DNA of 64,000 nt from Glaucostegus cemiculus (lineage: Eukaryota): the NCBI GenBank assembly GCA_976551045.1, contig CDPCPM010000239.1, forward strand, positions 5,394,001 through 5,458,000, in the 5' to 3' direction. The notes below the pieces were generated by a model. The model had not been told where the DNA came from. It did no database searches and saw nothing but the letters and a program-made list of their open reading frames with translations. The translations under genes and the position numbers were made by a program. Positions 36,296-47,792 of this stretch are shown here, one piece after another (the first letter of the stretch is position 1; the number at the start of each line of letters is the position of its first letter).

Positions 36296-38528
36296 AGGGA
36301 GGAGCCTTTTCAAATAGAAATGATCCTTTCAGCATTGCATTTTATTCAAAGAATATATTTTAATTCATGAAATAATTTAACCTGTTCACCTCCAGTGCTT
36401 AAAATATCTGATTACAATTTATTTTAATTTTGAAAAAAATACGCACATGCACATGTTTTTATTAGATATTTGGACTCAAATTCTGGTGAAACATTAAATG
36501 GAAAAGAAAGTATGACACCAAAATCATGTTCAACATCCCCAAAAGGTACTGCGAGTAGATTAAATATGCTTAGAAAACGATTTGTCGAGTGCCTTTAGCC
36601 ATGCCAGCGCATTGCTTGTGAAAATTGCAGGAAGCAAATGTATTAGTTTTCTTCTGTATTAAAACTTCTGCCCTTGGGTCAAAATCAACCAGTGAGCTTG
36701 CTTTCTTCCTGTTCCAGATGACCCTCACCACTTATGATCCTGCTACATCGTAAAATGGGTGAATTGTCACCTTATTATGCAATTAGTTGTGATGCTATCA
36801 GCATGATCAAACAGTCTGGACATGTTGACATACTACCCTCTTGCTCTCAGCCTATTCATCAATCTTAAATGAGATTCATCTCATCGGAATTACTGGAAGT
36901 GTGCACATTCACATCTCTAATGTGTTTGGATATTACTTAATATAGATATCAAAGCAATGTTATTATTTATAAAATGTTTACAACATCAGTGTGTGAATAT
37001 ATCTTTTGTCAGATTTCATAGTCTTTGCTCTTGCATTCCAAGTCTCAGAATAACCTGTACATTAACATCACAATGAATAACAGATCGACCAGAAGACACT
37101 CTCCAAAGGGAGATAAGTATCTCTTGCAAGCATCATAAAACTCATATAAATAAACCATTATTCCAAAACTACAATCAAAACCAGCTAAAGAATAATAAAC
37201 AATGGAAAATGCCAGCAAGATAGTTCTGGACCACTGAACAAATACTCCTCAATCATTTTACTGAATGCCTCCTCCTCTTCCACTCCAATTTTGGGCTAGA
37301 TTATGAATAATTCTTCTTTATATTAATGAATGGAATGTCTTGCTGCCAATTTTAAAGTTGCATTTATGCGTTCATGTTTTGAATTACTTTGATTTGCTGC
37401 TTTCAAAATAAAACCCTGATAATTGTGTTGTATTATAGTTCTTCAGTGCCCATTTTACAATGCCTGGTTTGGATACAATGCCTCTACGAACAGCCTCACA
37501 CTTCCATCATTACATAAGAATAAATATGACAACAAAACAATTCAAGACACACTTGAAGTGAGGTGAGCCAATGTGTGGGGCTGGGGGTGGGTTGCTTTGG
37601 TAAAGAGGTGTGGCTAGCTTCAGTTTGAAATATTTAAGCACAGTTGTCTCTTTAAAAAAGAGATCCTTCATTGTAATCATTGTCTCCAGTTTGGTGAATG
37701 GATGACAGCAAGCAGAGTGCAAATGGAGATAACTGGTCACTTGATTTGACACTTGCAGTGATGAGTTCTGACATGGACATCTTAAGCAAAGTGTCTCCTA
37801 AACCTAGGCCCCAGAAATGTTGCTTTGGGATAACAAAAGTCTGATTTACAAAGTTACAACTGGGAGACTTCGCAACATGGGTGCTGTCAATATATCCATA
37901 CACCACTGTCTGCAAAAATCCCTGAATTTGTACCATCCGCAGAGAAGAAATTAATTTAGTTTTCCTCGAGTAGGCACCTTCCATTACTTCTCTATGAAAT
38001 ATTGTAATACATAATTTGAGATGTTCCTTACCACGAAAACAGCCAGTGAAAAGTCATTTCTGACCTTGCCACGTTGCTGTGTTTGGCTGAAGCATGTGGA
38101 AAGTAAGTGTGAAAGCCTGCATAGGAAATCAGGGTCTCCTCAAACAATCCTCTTTGTCGAAATTGATGTAAAAGATATGCCCCCATTAAAGTTGTTTACT
38201 TAGAAATTCTACTGTGTCAAAAAGAATTGTCGATGTGGTGGTAAAATTACTGTTTTGGTAACTGTCTCATCACATGATCTCACAAGAGATTAGACCTTGC
38301 ATATTCTTGCATTCAAGCATGCCATGTTTCCATGAGATATGAATGCCAGATAAGGTTTGATCATGACCACACACAAGTGGGTTTACATCATGAACAGGTC
38401 ATAGCATACCGACTACATGCACCAGGTACCATGTACCAGTAATGTGTTCCAATTTTACGGGAGGATATTGGAGGCATGCAGAGGGCTCAAAATAACAGCA
38501 TGCTACAAAAAGGATACAATGTACCATG

Positions 38529-39744
38529 TGCCTCACGCGCCTGCTTGAATTCTTTGAGGATGTGACAAAGCACATTGCTGAAGGTAGAGCAGTGGATGTG
38601 GTATACATGGATTTTAGTAAGGCATTTGATAAGGTTCCCCATGGAAGGTTCATTCAGAAAGTCAGGATGCATGGGATCCAGGGAAAGTTGGCTGTGTGGT
38701 TTCAGAATTGGCTTGTCAATAGAAGACAAAGAGTGGTTGTAGATGGAGCGTAAACTGCCCAGAGGTCGGTGACCAGTGGTGTTCCGCAGGGATCTGTTCT
38801 GGGATCTCTGCTCTTTGTGATTTTTAAAAGAGGATGTGGAAGGGTGTGTTAGTAAGTTTGCAGATGGCACAAAGGTTGGTGGTGTTGTGGATAGTGTAGA
38901 AGGTTGCTGTAGATTACAACAGGACATTGATAGGATGCAGATCTGGGTTGAGAAGTGGCAGATAGAGTTCAACCTGGAAAAGTATGAAGTGGTACGCTTT
39001 GGAAGATTGAGTCTGAAGGCAGAATACAAGGTTAATGGCAGAAGTCTTAGCAGTGTGGAGGAACAGAGGGATCTTGGGGTCCATGTCCATAGATCCCTCA
39101 AGGTTGTCATGCAGGTTGATTGGGTTGTTAAGAAGGTGTATGGTGTGTTGGCCTTCATTAGTTGGGGTATCGAATTCAAGAGCCACAAGGTACTATTGCA
39201 GCTCTATAAAACTCTGGTTAGACCACACTTGGAGTACTATGTTCAGTTCTGGTGGCCTCATTATAAGAAGGATATGGAAGCTTTAGAGAGGGTGCAGAGG
39301 AGGTTCACCAGGATGCTGCATGGATTGGAGAACATGTCTTATGAGGACAGGTTGACTGACCTTGGGCTTTTCTCTTTGGAGCAAAGGAGGATGAGAGGTG
39401 ACTTGATAGATGATAAGAGGCATAGATTGAGTGGATAGTCAGGGCAAAAATGGCTAACGTGAGGGGGCATAATTTTAAATTGATTGGAGGAATGTCTGGG
39501 GGGAATGTCAGAGGTAAGTTTGTTTAGAAAAGAGAGTGGTGGGTACATGGAATGCACTGCTGGCAGAAGTGGTGGAGGCAGATACATTAGGGACATATAA
39601 GACACTCTTAGATAGTACATGAATGATAGAAAAATGGAGCGCTATGTGGGAGGGAAGGGTTAGATAGATCTTAGCGCAGGATAAAATGTCGGCACAACAT
39701 CATGGGGCCGAAGGGCCTGTACTATGCTGTAGTGTTCTATGTTC
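38529..39744 (+). mobile_element. 5'-truncated CR1/HER1 LINE (defective RT plus 3' UTR)
   Basis: CLTRLLEFFEDVT..VDVVYMDFSKAFDKVPH, SGVPQGSVLG, KFADGTK, LYKTLVRPHLEY, RRMRGDLI. Defects are a stop at 38751-38753, a deletion removing INDLD and D>G in the FADD motif. Tail gggccgaagggcctgtactatgctgtagtgttctatgttc. Confidence 0.97.
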
Positions 39745-40699
39745 AATATTCTGCGTACATGACAAATAAACCTTACTCAAGTTATTGGCATTGGTGCAAG
39801 GTAGAACATGAGATTTCAAAGCCAAATAGTGAACTCAAAAAACACCCATAATGTTCTGTATGTTTTTCTTACGCACTCTGAGCCCCAATAATTTTCTGGC
39901 AGTATGTCAATTATATCAAAAAAGGCAGCATTTTAATTTGCTTAACTCATTAATGAATACTTATTAATTTTTAACTGGTTGAATGCAATTGCAACAAGGA
40001 TGAGCAGCTAATTCCATTTTGGTACTTTGAGAGTTAAAAAAAGTCTTGTTCAAATGAAACTACAGATGGTCATGTTATTTCAAAATGGAAATTCAACTCT
40101 GTCTTACTGGGGTGCTTAAACAATTGCATGCATTTCATTTACTCTCCTGAGCCTGTGAGTCCATATGGTCAACCAAGAAAGGAACATAGAGAACAATTAT
40201 AATCACCACTCAAAAGATTACTGACGACAAACAGTGATTGTGCATGTAATATTTCAGTGCAGCACCTCTGATGTGTATGTACAATAGAATCCAACGGCTG
40301 TAATATGGTGCAGATTTTCTCTTCAGTTTCCCAGGCCCTTGTCTCCAGTTAATTTCTGACTACACATATGGTTCCCAGAAGGAAGTCGGTACTCCATGGG
40401 AGAAGACATGTCACCATGGCAGATGTGCAAACATTTAATTCTTCCTGCTGAAAATACAGTGAAAACAGCTTTAAATACTTCAATAAATAAATTATGAGCT
40501 GTTATTTAAAGCTATCACTGATTTTTTATTATGATGTCAAGGTTATAGATGTGATGGTGCAAAATTCTCACAAAAAGCATGAGCATTTATGGATAAATAT
40601 TAAGTGAACGCTCTGTAAATGATCTGTTAAAATTAGCCTCTAATATAAAGGACCAAAAGGAAATCTAGTGATCTGTTATAGAGGACCAAGTCAGAGTAA

Positions 40700-41350
40700 A
40701 TAAGGAAGCTGCTGGACTGTAATGGAAGTCTGTACAAACTGAAAGGTGAAGTGAAAAAGGGCATTTCAACCAACCCAATTTCAACCTGTAACACCAAAAA
40801 TGGGATATAATGAAGGTTAATGAATAAAATGTGCAGCAGGGAAAAGGGGAAGGGAAGAACAAAGCTCCAAAGTGAAAGGTTTTCACTGTTCCAATGAAGA
40901 TCAAATGCAAGCTTGAGGAACAGAACCTAATCTATTGATTATGCACTTCATAACCCTCTGCTCTCAATGATGACTTGAACAACCAGATAATAACAACTGC
41001 TCCTTTTTTTTGACAGCAGCTGCTTGAAATGGTTTTGATGTTATCAGTACATTTCTTTCAGGTCAACCTTTTGTTTTATGCCCATTTACCCCAACCTCTC
41101 TTGTCTTGTTTCATCTTCCTTTTAGTTATTTAATCAATCTTGGTATCCCATCTCAGTCATACCATTCATCACACTCCCATTTTTTTTTCTCCTTGCTCTC
41201 CACTTAATAAACCATTAATTTCCCTGTTGTGAAAACTGAAACATCCATTCTGAAACTTGAATTGTTGGTTTTCCCGACTTGCAAATTACCTAACTTATTG
41301 AGCATTTCCAAGATTTGTTGATTTTAGATCGCATTTGCCACAATCTGGAA
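40700..41350 (+). mobile_element. Penelope-like element remnant: GIY-YIG C-terminus plus pLTR, with upstream inverted pLTR piece
   Basis: 40884-40983 reads HCSNEDQ/CKLEEQNLIY*LCTS*PSALNDDLNN (PLE RKLEEQxLIFRLGTLxPxGLN). A pyrimidine-rich pLTR follows, with a purine-rich mirror at 40790-40880. Confidence 0.65.
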
Positions 41351-41724
41351 TACGTTAAACCAACACTTGGTCCTGGAAACTGTTAAAGATAGAACGCTGA
41401 AGAAATGAAATCAACTGAAATCAGCTGGGGCAAGTGCTCAGGAAAACAAGAAGTGGAAAAAGTGTTGGTGATGACTGCAGCGAGACAGGGGTCATTCACT
41501 TGTAGTGCACTTCAGTTAGTTTCCAAAGAACTCTGGCTGCAGGCAACTTCTTTAGGCCTTGCTCTTTCTTTGAAGCTTAAATTATATCCTACTCTCACCC
41601 ACTTCCCCAATGTCTCCCCCCTTACAATGTTTAAAACCCTTCTCCTAAAGAGTACAAGAGCAAGGCAGTCGCAATGAATTTTTAGAAAATGCCAGTTCCC
41701 TCAGCACTGGAATTCTGAGGAGAA

Positions 41725-42170
41725 TTTTAGGAGAGTGCAGGGGAGGGTTATTAAAATGATTCCTGGAATGAGTGACCTCAGTTAGGTTCATGATTAGAAA
41801 TGACTTTGCAAGAGAATCTGATAGTGGAAGTTAAATGCATGATGTGGCAGACAGACTAGATAGAAAGGAACTGTTCCCATTGGCAGATGCATCAAGAAGG
41901 TGATTTGGCAAAAGGACCAACAGAATCAAGAGGAAAACTTTTTTCACACATAAAACATTGAGGGTCTGGAATGAATTGCTAGTGCAAATATGGAAACAGA
42001 TTCAATTACAATGTTCAAAGGGGAGCCAAATGATTGTTGAAAGGAAATAATTTTCAGAGCTGTGGGGAAAAGACAGGAGAGAGTGAGACAATTTGAGTTG
42101 CTCTTACATTGAGCTAGTATGGACACAATTGGCTGAATGGCTTCCTTCCATGCTGAAACCATACTGTGTC
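41725..42170 (+). mobile_element. CR1 LINE 3' end, old
   Basis: ttaggagagtgcaggggagggttattaaaatgattcctggaatg (LERVQRRFTKMIPGM-like), gaggaaaactttttcaca, and tail ggctgaatggcttccttccatgctg. Confidence 0.7.
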
Positions 42171-42439
42171 TGATATTGAAACTTGTTGTTGCCCCCAATA
42201 TATAGCAGTGTTAGAACAAACACAGACACAGTACAAAGGATATTATTTACACAGGATGTTCTTACTGAGCTTTACAACTGGGATCTACCAGACATGATTA
42301 GGCACCTGAAACTTTGAGACTTCAATGGTCTATACACTGTTGTCTCCAGATGCCCCATGAATTTGATTGTACAGGAGGTCCATGGGTAAACAATAGCTCC
42401 TAATGGGTGTCATAATGGTGCTGCGGGGATCATCCGCAT

Positions 42440-42970
42440 TTCAAACATTAGCCTTTTTAGAGCCGTACTGCAGAAAGGAGTGGAGGCTGGAGTATTGATG
42501 CAATATAAAAAGATGATAGTGTCTCCCAGGAAAGATGTACTTAACGCTCGTCATCACTTTAAAGGAGTGGAGGTCCTCATGATACATGAAGGCCTTCTGG
42601 AACTTGTCAGGCAACATCACTCTGGTTAGAACTGACCTCCTGCTTCTGTTTGATCAAGGAATAACATGATGTTTGCCCAGGAAGAACATGAAATAAACTA
42701 TGTTTGCCGACTGCCTAGTGATGCTAATATCCCCTGGAGCTTTCTGGGAAGATACAATGTCAAAGGAAACTGTAGCATCCTCAAATGTAACAACAGAGCT
42801 CTAACTCTGACAAGTGCTGGTTCTGACAGCTGGTTATAATCAACCCAACCTGCCATGGTGCCATTAGAGAATTGAAACCACCTTCTGCACTGCATCTGAG
42901 AATACAGGTAAGTTGTCTTAGGATGACAGGAGTAGAGGAAAGATCCCAAGCTTGCCTTCTGTTTGCTCTC
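42440..42970 (+). mobile_element. Possible Tx1/L1-clade ORF1 remnant
   Basis: Broken frames CLPGKMYLTL, LPSDANIPWSFLGRYNV, NHLLHCI and DPKLAFC loosely parallel Tx1 ORF1 (DIxxFLGRY..HxP..QPKxC). Confidence 0.3.
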
Positions 42971-43849
42971 CCAATGGACGATTGCTTCTTCCTCCTGTTC
43001 CTTCACCTCCCCCCTCATTCCCTGGAGTAAGATTGTCAAAAGGACTCACAGGACAAAAGAAAAACACTGCCACATGCTCATTGACTGCAAGGTACAAATA
43101 CAAAGATACTCATTTTGTGTGAGGTGAAGAGGTGCATGAGCTCACCCAAGAAATAAACATCTCCCAAATTGGTAATGGTTACTACAGCAAGTTTTAGGAC
43201 TAGAGCAGAGTCAAGGCTTATAGGGAACAGGCAGAAACATAGAGTTACAACCTAGCTTAAATCACTCATGATCCCATGGAATGCTGGAACAGTCTTGACA
43301 TAGCCACGTTGTTATGAAGAATGCTTGCCTCTCTATTTCTGTCATTTATGGTTGATAGATGGGAGCTGGAAGTAGTGTCAGCAATGCTAATAGAAATTAA
43401 AATGACATTGCAATCCATGCCATGTAATTTCACACCTTGATACATGAGTTCCTGCCAGTTTCAGGTGAGAGTGCACCATATCTGAAAACCTTAATTGGCT
43501 ATTGTTTTCATGCTAAGTTGTCACTTCTACCAAATCCTTAATTCTAGTTTCACTACTATACATTTTTACAACACAGGCTGGCCATTGATGAGAGAAAATT
43601 GCCTAAATGTACTTGAGTATATGGTCCAATGTTCCTAACATACCTGCTCAGAGATCACTGGTCTGCCTTGACCCTATTCATTGATGCTCCTATGTTAAAT
43701 TTTCCCTTGTCCTCTTCTTTGACAGATGTGAGTTGGGTTGCTGTGTTATGAATTTTGCCAAATGGCAGACCAATCTAACATGTTTACTGAAAAATAATGT
43801 TTAAAACTTTTTTTCCTTTGTCAATGCTGAAGATTTGATGATTCTGAGC

Positions 43850-44200
43850 AATGGCATCAGTCATGTGGATAACAGGAAATTTGGATTAGATAATAAATTG
43901 GTTGCATTCTCAGGAGTAGAAAATCATTATTAACAGGTGTAGTTCTGTGGGAGAACCAGGAACTGGTGGCGTTCTGGAGAGATCAAGGTTAGAATCATGG
44001 ATCTTTCCCATCTCAACGAAGGCATCAGGGGACCTGCCTATAATTCTGTTAATGATATGAAGATGCATTCAACTGTAAGGACCCTAAATGAGAAAAGAAG
44101 ATCGCAAGGAGATCTAACTGGGCACATACTTGGCAGATATTTCTTATTATAGATAAAGTGGCAGGGAAGCACCATAAATGCATATTCCCTGTAGGGCTGC
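43850..44200 (+). mobile_element. Ancient CR1 RT remnant
   Basis: NWLHSQE*KIIINRCSSVGEPGTGGVLERSRLESWIF resembles NWLxxRKQRVVINGxxSxWxxVTSGVPQGSVLGPLLF. Confidence 0.55.
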
Positions 44201-45920
44201 AAGCTCAAAACTGCTGAGTACGGCCTCATCTCAATTAGCAGTCATAGACTCTCAGAATCATTGCAGCACAAAAGCAGCCTGATTGGTCCAGTTTTCTGTT
44301 GCTGAGGAATTTGCATCACAGAGCAGAGATAATTTGTTTTCCTTTCCATTTTTTTAAGTGTATAACACAGATTAGCATGGGAGAAACTGATGCGTGAATC
44401 TGAAAGATAGAACCTCAGAAATTCTACCACACCACTGAAGGTTCTGTGTGCGATGCAATGGAATTATATCAAAAACCTGACTGCAGTGTTACTTTGGGTT
44501 TTTAATCTTGGTTAACTGTGAGCATTAAGCACCCAGCTCAGTGACCACCTGGCATTCACAGTGATGTCAAAAAACACATGATGTCATGCTGAAAATTGTT
44601 GTGTGGCTCTCAGAGACTCGTACATTGTGGGCTTCTATGAATGCACCCCCTAATCAGTGGGTTGAGACCTGCTATGCTATCGATTACTGGGGGTCCAATA
44701 TGCCCTGTTCTATTGTCAGGAAATCTGAGAGGCTCATTGTCTTCCAGACGCCCCGCTCACAAACCTGCCTTTCTGTCAACATCCTCAGGCTCAGCTGATC
44801 GATAACTATCCCTGTGATTAAATCTCACCCACTTCAGCCACTGCTCTCTCTAACCATTGCTGTGCCTATCCCATTTGATTCTCTTGTTGTCCAACCTCTG
44901 ACACTCAGAGTCTATCCCAACCTCCACCTATGACCCACCGCCATCAATCCCCTCCCTGACTAGCAACAGAACCAGGCCTAATCATCTTGATCCATACTTG
45001 CTCCTCAAGCCTTGCCTCTGACCCTTTGAAGCAGAAAGCTGGCATCACCCGCCCACCATCCTCTCTCTAACTAAACTTCCTCACCTTGATGCTCTCTCAT
45101 GGGCCTTGAACTCATGAGGTCTGGCACCAAATGGGTGCACGTAGTGACACACTTTTATATATCCATTCAAGTCCGGTACAACTGGTGGTTCACTGTGTGT
45201 ACATGCATGTCACTGTATGGTTTTGTTTCAATGTATAATACGTCAACATCAAAAAATACCAAGCACCACATGACCTAATTTCCAGCCATCATAACTTGCT
45301 AAATGTAAATGATACTGCAAATGCTGTCAATGTGTGTTATATGTACAGAAATGTTAACCATGATCTGCCTGTATATCCTCAGACTTATCAAGTGACTCTA
45401 CTGGAGGCCGATTAATTGTTCATTGAAGTCTTGTATAATCATATCCTTCCCGCAATTATCACATATTATAGCAACATCATTATGCTGGTGTCACACCTTC
45501 AACGTAACAAACCTTTGGGCTTTCCATATTAAACATATGCAAAATTCCTGCTGGTTATTCATCACGAACGCCAATAGTTTTTCTCTGAGGGATACCTAAA
45601 CTCTTGTTCCATGTTATTTGCTGATAATTATAGAACAGTTAATGAATTGCCTGTTAAATAACACCTTTATTGCTATAAAATATATGCTGTGACTTACTGC
45701 AAGCAGCATGAATATTTAAAATCAAGAAACAACAAAGTATAAAAATAATATTTTGTGGAAAGTAGAACTGTGAGAACATACTTATGAATTCTATCCCACT
45801 TTAAATGCTGTTGTTAAGATGCCTGAAAGTACGAGTCCTCGAAGTGCCAGATCACTAGAGAGCATTCAACCTATACTGCCTGAGACAGCATAAGTTTCTG
45901 TACTTTTCCAAGAGTACACT

Positions 45921-46150
45921 CTAGTGGGAACTTTTAAATCCAATGAATTTCAAATGTGGATAATTACAATTCTTCCCAATGACAAATGAATATCGCGACC
46001 ATATCTCATGCTGCGCTTTTGCAAGATACAGAGAAAAATATTCTTCTAAGGTCCTTGGCTTTAGTGGAAATGCTTTGTGCAAACAATTAATGGCACCTCT
46101 TTTGTCAGCTACACCGCGCAACTGTAAGCAGATAAAAAAAAATTAGATTG
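45921..46150. promoter_or_regulatory. Putative conserved element (enhancer or minus-strand exon)
   Basis: CpG-rich (tcgcga, gcgc, ccgcgc), aaacaattaatgg and tttgtcag motifs; strong minus-strand acceptor at 46122-46146. Confidence 0.4.
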
Positions 46151-46259
46151 TTGGAGACTCAGTTGGAATTTTCAAAACAATGATTTCTGGATGTTGCTTT
46201 TCATAAAATCCTCTTTATAAATGAAATTGTGTATCAGAATAAACTCTAACATAGCCTGA

Positions 46260-46640
46260 TGAAAGAAAGAATTTGCATGTGCCGCAGCACATTTCATTTT
46301 GCCCAATGAAGTATGACTGATGAAACGTATGAAATGCAATCACTTCTAATGTAAGCAAAGTGGCAGCCAATTTGTCCCTGAGAAGTTGCCACAAACAACT
46401 AATGACAAATTGATTGGGTTTTGTTTTTCAAGGTGGAGGTTGATCGAGCCTGGTTCAAGTCTCTAATCTGCTTAATGCCATGGGATTTCCTCTCCCCAGC
46501 TCCCTCCCCCCCCCACCGCCCCCACAGCTTCGAACTTGCAGACTGGATTTTAGCTTTACATCTTGAGATGTGTAATAGAATGGCAGGCGGACAATCCACT
46601 GGAATGCATTGTGTTCCAGGACAGAGTGCAAAGTGAATTA
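46260..46640 (-). mobile_element. Deu-domain SINE (SacSINE1/AmnSINE1-like)
   Basis: gaaagaaagaatttgcat..ccaatgaagta..taatgtaagcaaagtggcagccaatttg..ccacaaaca..tgccatgggat is the reverse complement of the Deu SINE body. Confidence 0.7.
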
Positions 46641-47010
46641 GTGTGCCCCAATCATGACAGTGAATCCAACGGTGACTGGCCCCAAAATGTGTGATCGATT
46701 CATTCAGCTGCCAAATGTAATGGGCAGTCCATAGGGAGAGTAACTCTTGCAACTGAATACTGAAGGGGAAGCTGGCATTAGCTGCTGTCAAGCCCAAACT
46801 TAAACCTTGTACCTTTGATTTTCTCTCTACCCATGCCAGGCATTTACCCTAGGTGCAACAGGCAGACTTTGCTATCTTCTAACAGATGCACTTCTAACTC
46901 TGCAGCAGTCTCTGAAGGGATATAAGAATAGGAATGGGCCAATTAACCCCCATTCACTAAGACCATGATGAACCTTTGACCTTATTCTGGAGACCTGACC
47001 TTGTCCTGCG

Positions 47011-47252
47011 AGGGTGGCAAAGTGGTGCAGCAGTTAGTGCTGTTGCCTCAGTGCTCCATAGACCAAGATTCGATCCTGACCTTGGGTGCTTGCAGTTTGG
47101 AGTTTGCATGTTCTCATTGTGACTGCTGGGCGTTTGCCTGGATGCTCCAGTTTCTTCCCATACCCCAAAGACATGCTGGTTGGTTGGTTAATTGTCTACC
47201 TTACCTTGCCCCTTTTGCAGTTTGGCCTGTTTCGGTACCCCTATGACTCTAT
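47011..47252 (+). mobile_element. tRNA-derived V-SINE inserted in an old CR1 3' fragment (about 46920-47470, minus)
   Basis: gggtggcaaagtggtgcagcagttag, gattcgatcc, ggagtttgcatgttctc, ggatgctccagtttcttccca and tail ctatgactct. Confidence 0.8.
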
Positions 47253-47616
47253 TCCTTAGGTCAGCAGAAATCTTTGAGTCTTGATTTAAAATTATGTTTG
47301 CAAATGTTTCTAACTTCATTCCTGGCTTGAACTTTTAGGCTCTGTAACCCAGTCCCAACCAAGTAGTTTGTATCAATCTGTCATTTTGACTCACCTTAAA
47401 AACTTGAAAGTTTCGGTCAAATGGCCCTCTCATCTTTTTGAATCTGAGGAGTCCAACCCAACTTTGTATAACTTTTTGTTTCATTTTAAAGTTATTTTAA
47501 ATTGTGTTCAAGACCAGTGCCTTAAAAAAATGCAGCAAATAGGTTCGTGTCGTTTGGTGACACTTGCAGGCCACTCCCAGAACACTAGGCAAAAGATGCA
47601 TTTCATTGTGTGTTTC

Positions 47617-47792
47617 ATAGAACATAGAACATAGAAAAACTACAGCACAATTCAGGCCCTTCAGCCCACAAAGATGTGCCGAACATGTCCCTACACTAGA
47701 AATTACTGGGCATTCCCACAGCCCTCTATTTTACTTAGCTCCATGTACCTATCTAACAGTCTCTTGAAAGACCCTATCGTATCCGCCTCCAC
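47617..47792 (-). mobile_element. Young CR1/HER1 3' end nested in another LINE tail
   Basis: (atagaac)n tail then tacagcacaattcaggcccttcagcccaca. Flanked by ttc on both sides, it splits gcatttcattgtgtgtttc|gatgtacgtgtgactaataaagatatcttatctt. Confidence 0.85.

Noticed and set aside
37652-37984. 110-aa minus ORF
   Set aside because: No recognisable motif and no convincing donor.
38487-39188. 233-aa minus ORF
   Set aside because: Antisense frame of the CR1 RT.
38836-39438. 200-aa RT ORF as a functional gene
   Set aside because: 5'-truncated, with an upstream stop and deletion and catalytic FADD changed to FADG; a dead LINE.
46255-46330. ctgatga...gaaac as an intact hammerhead
   Set aside because: No supporting stems; lies in the Deu-SINE tail.
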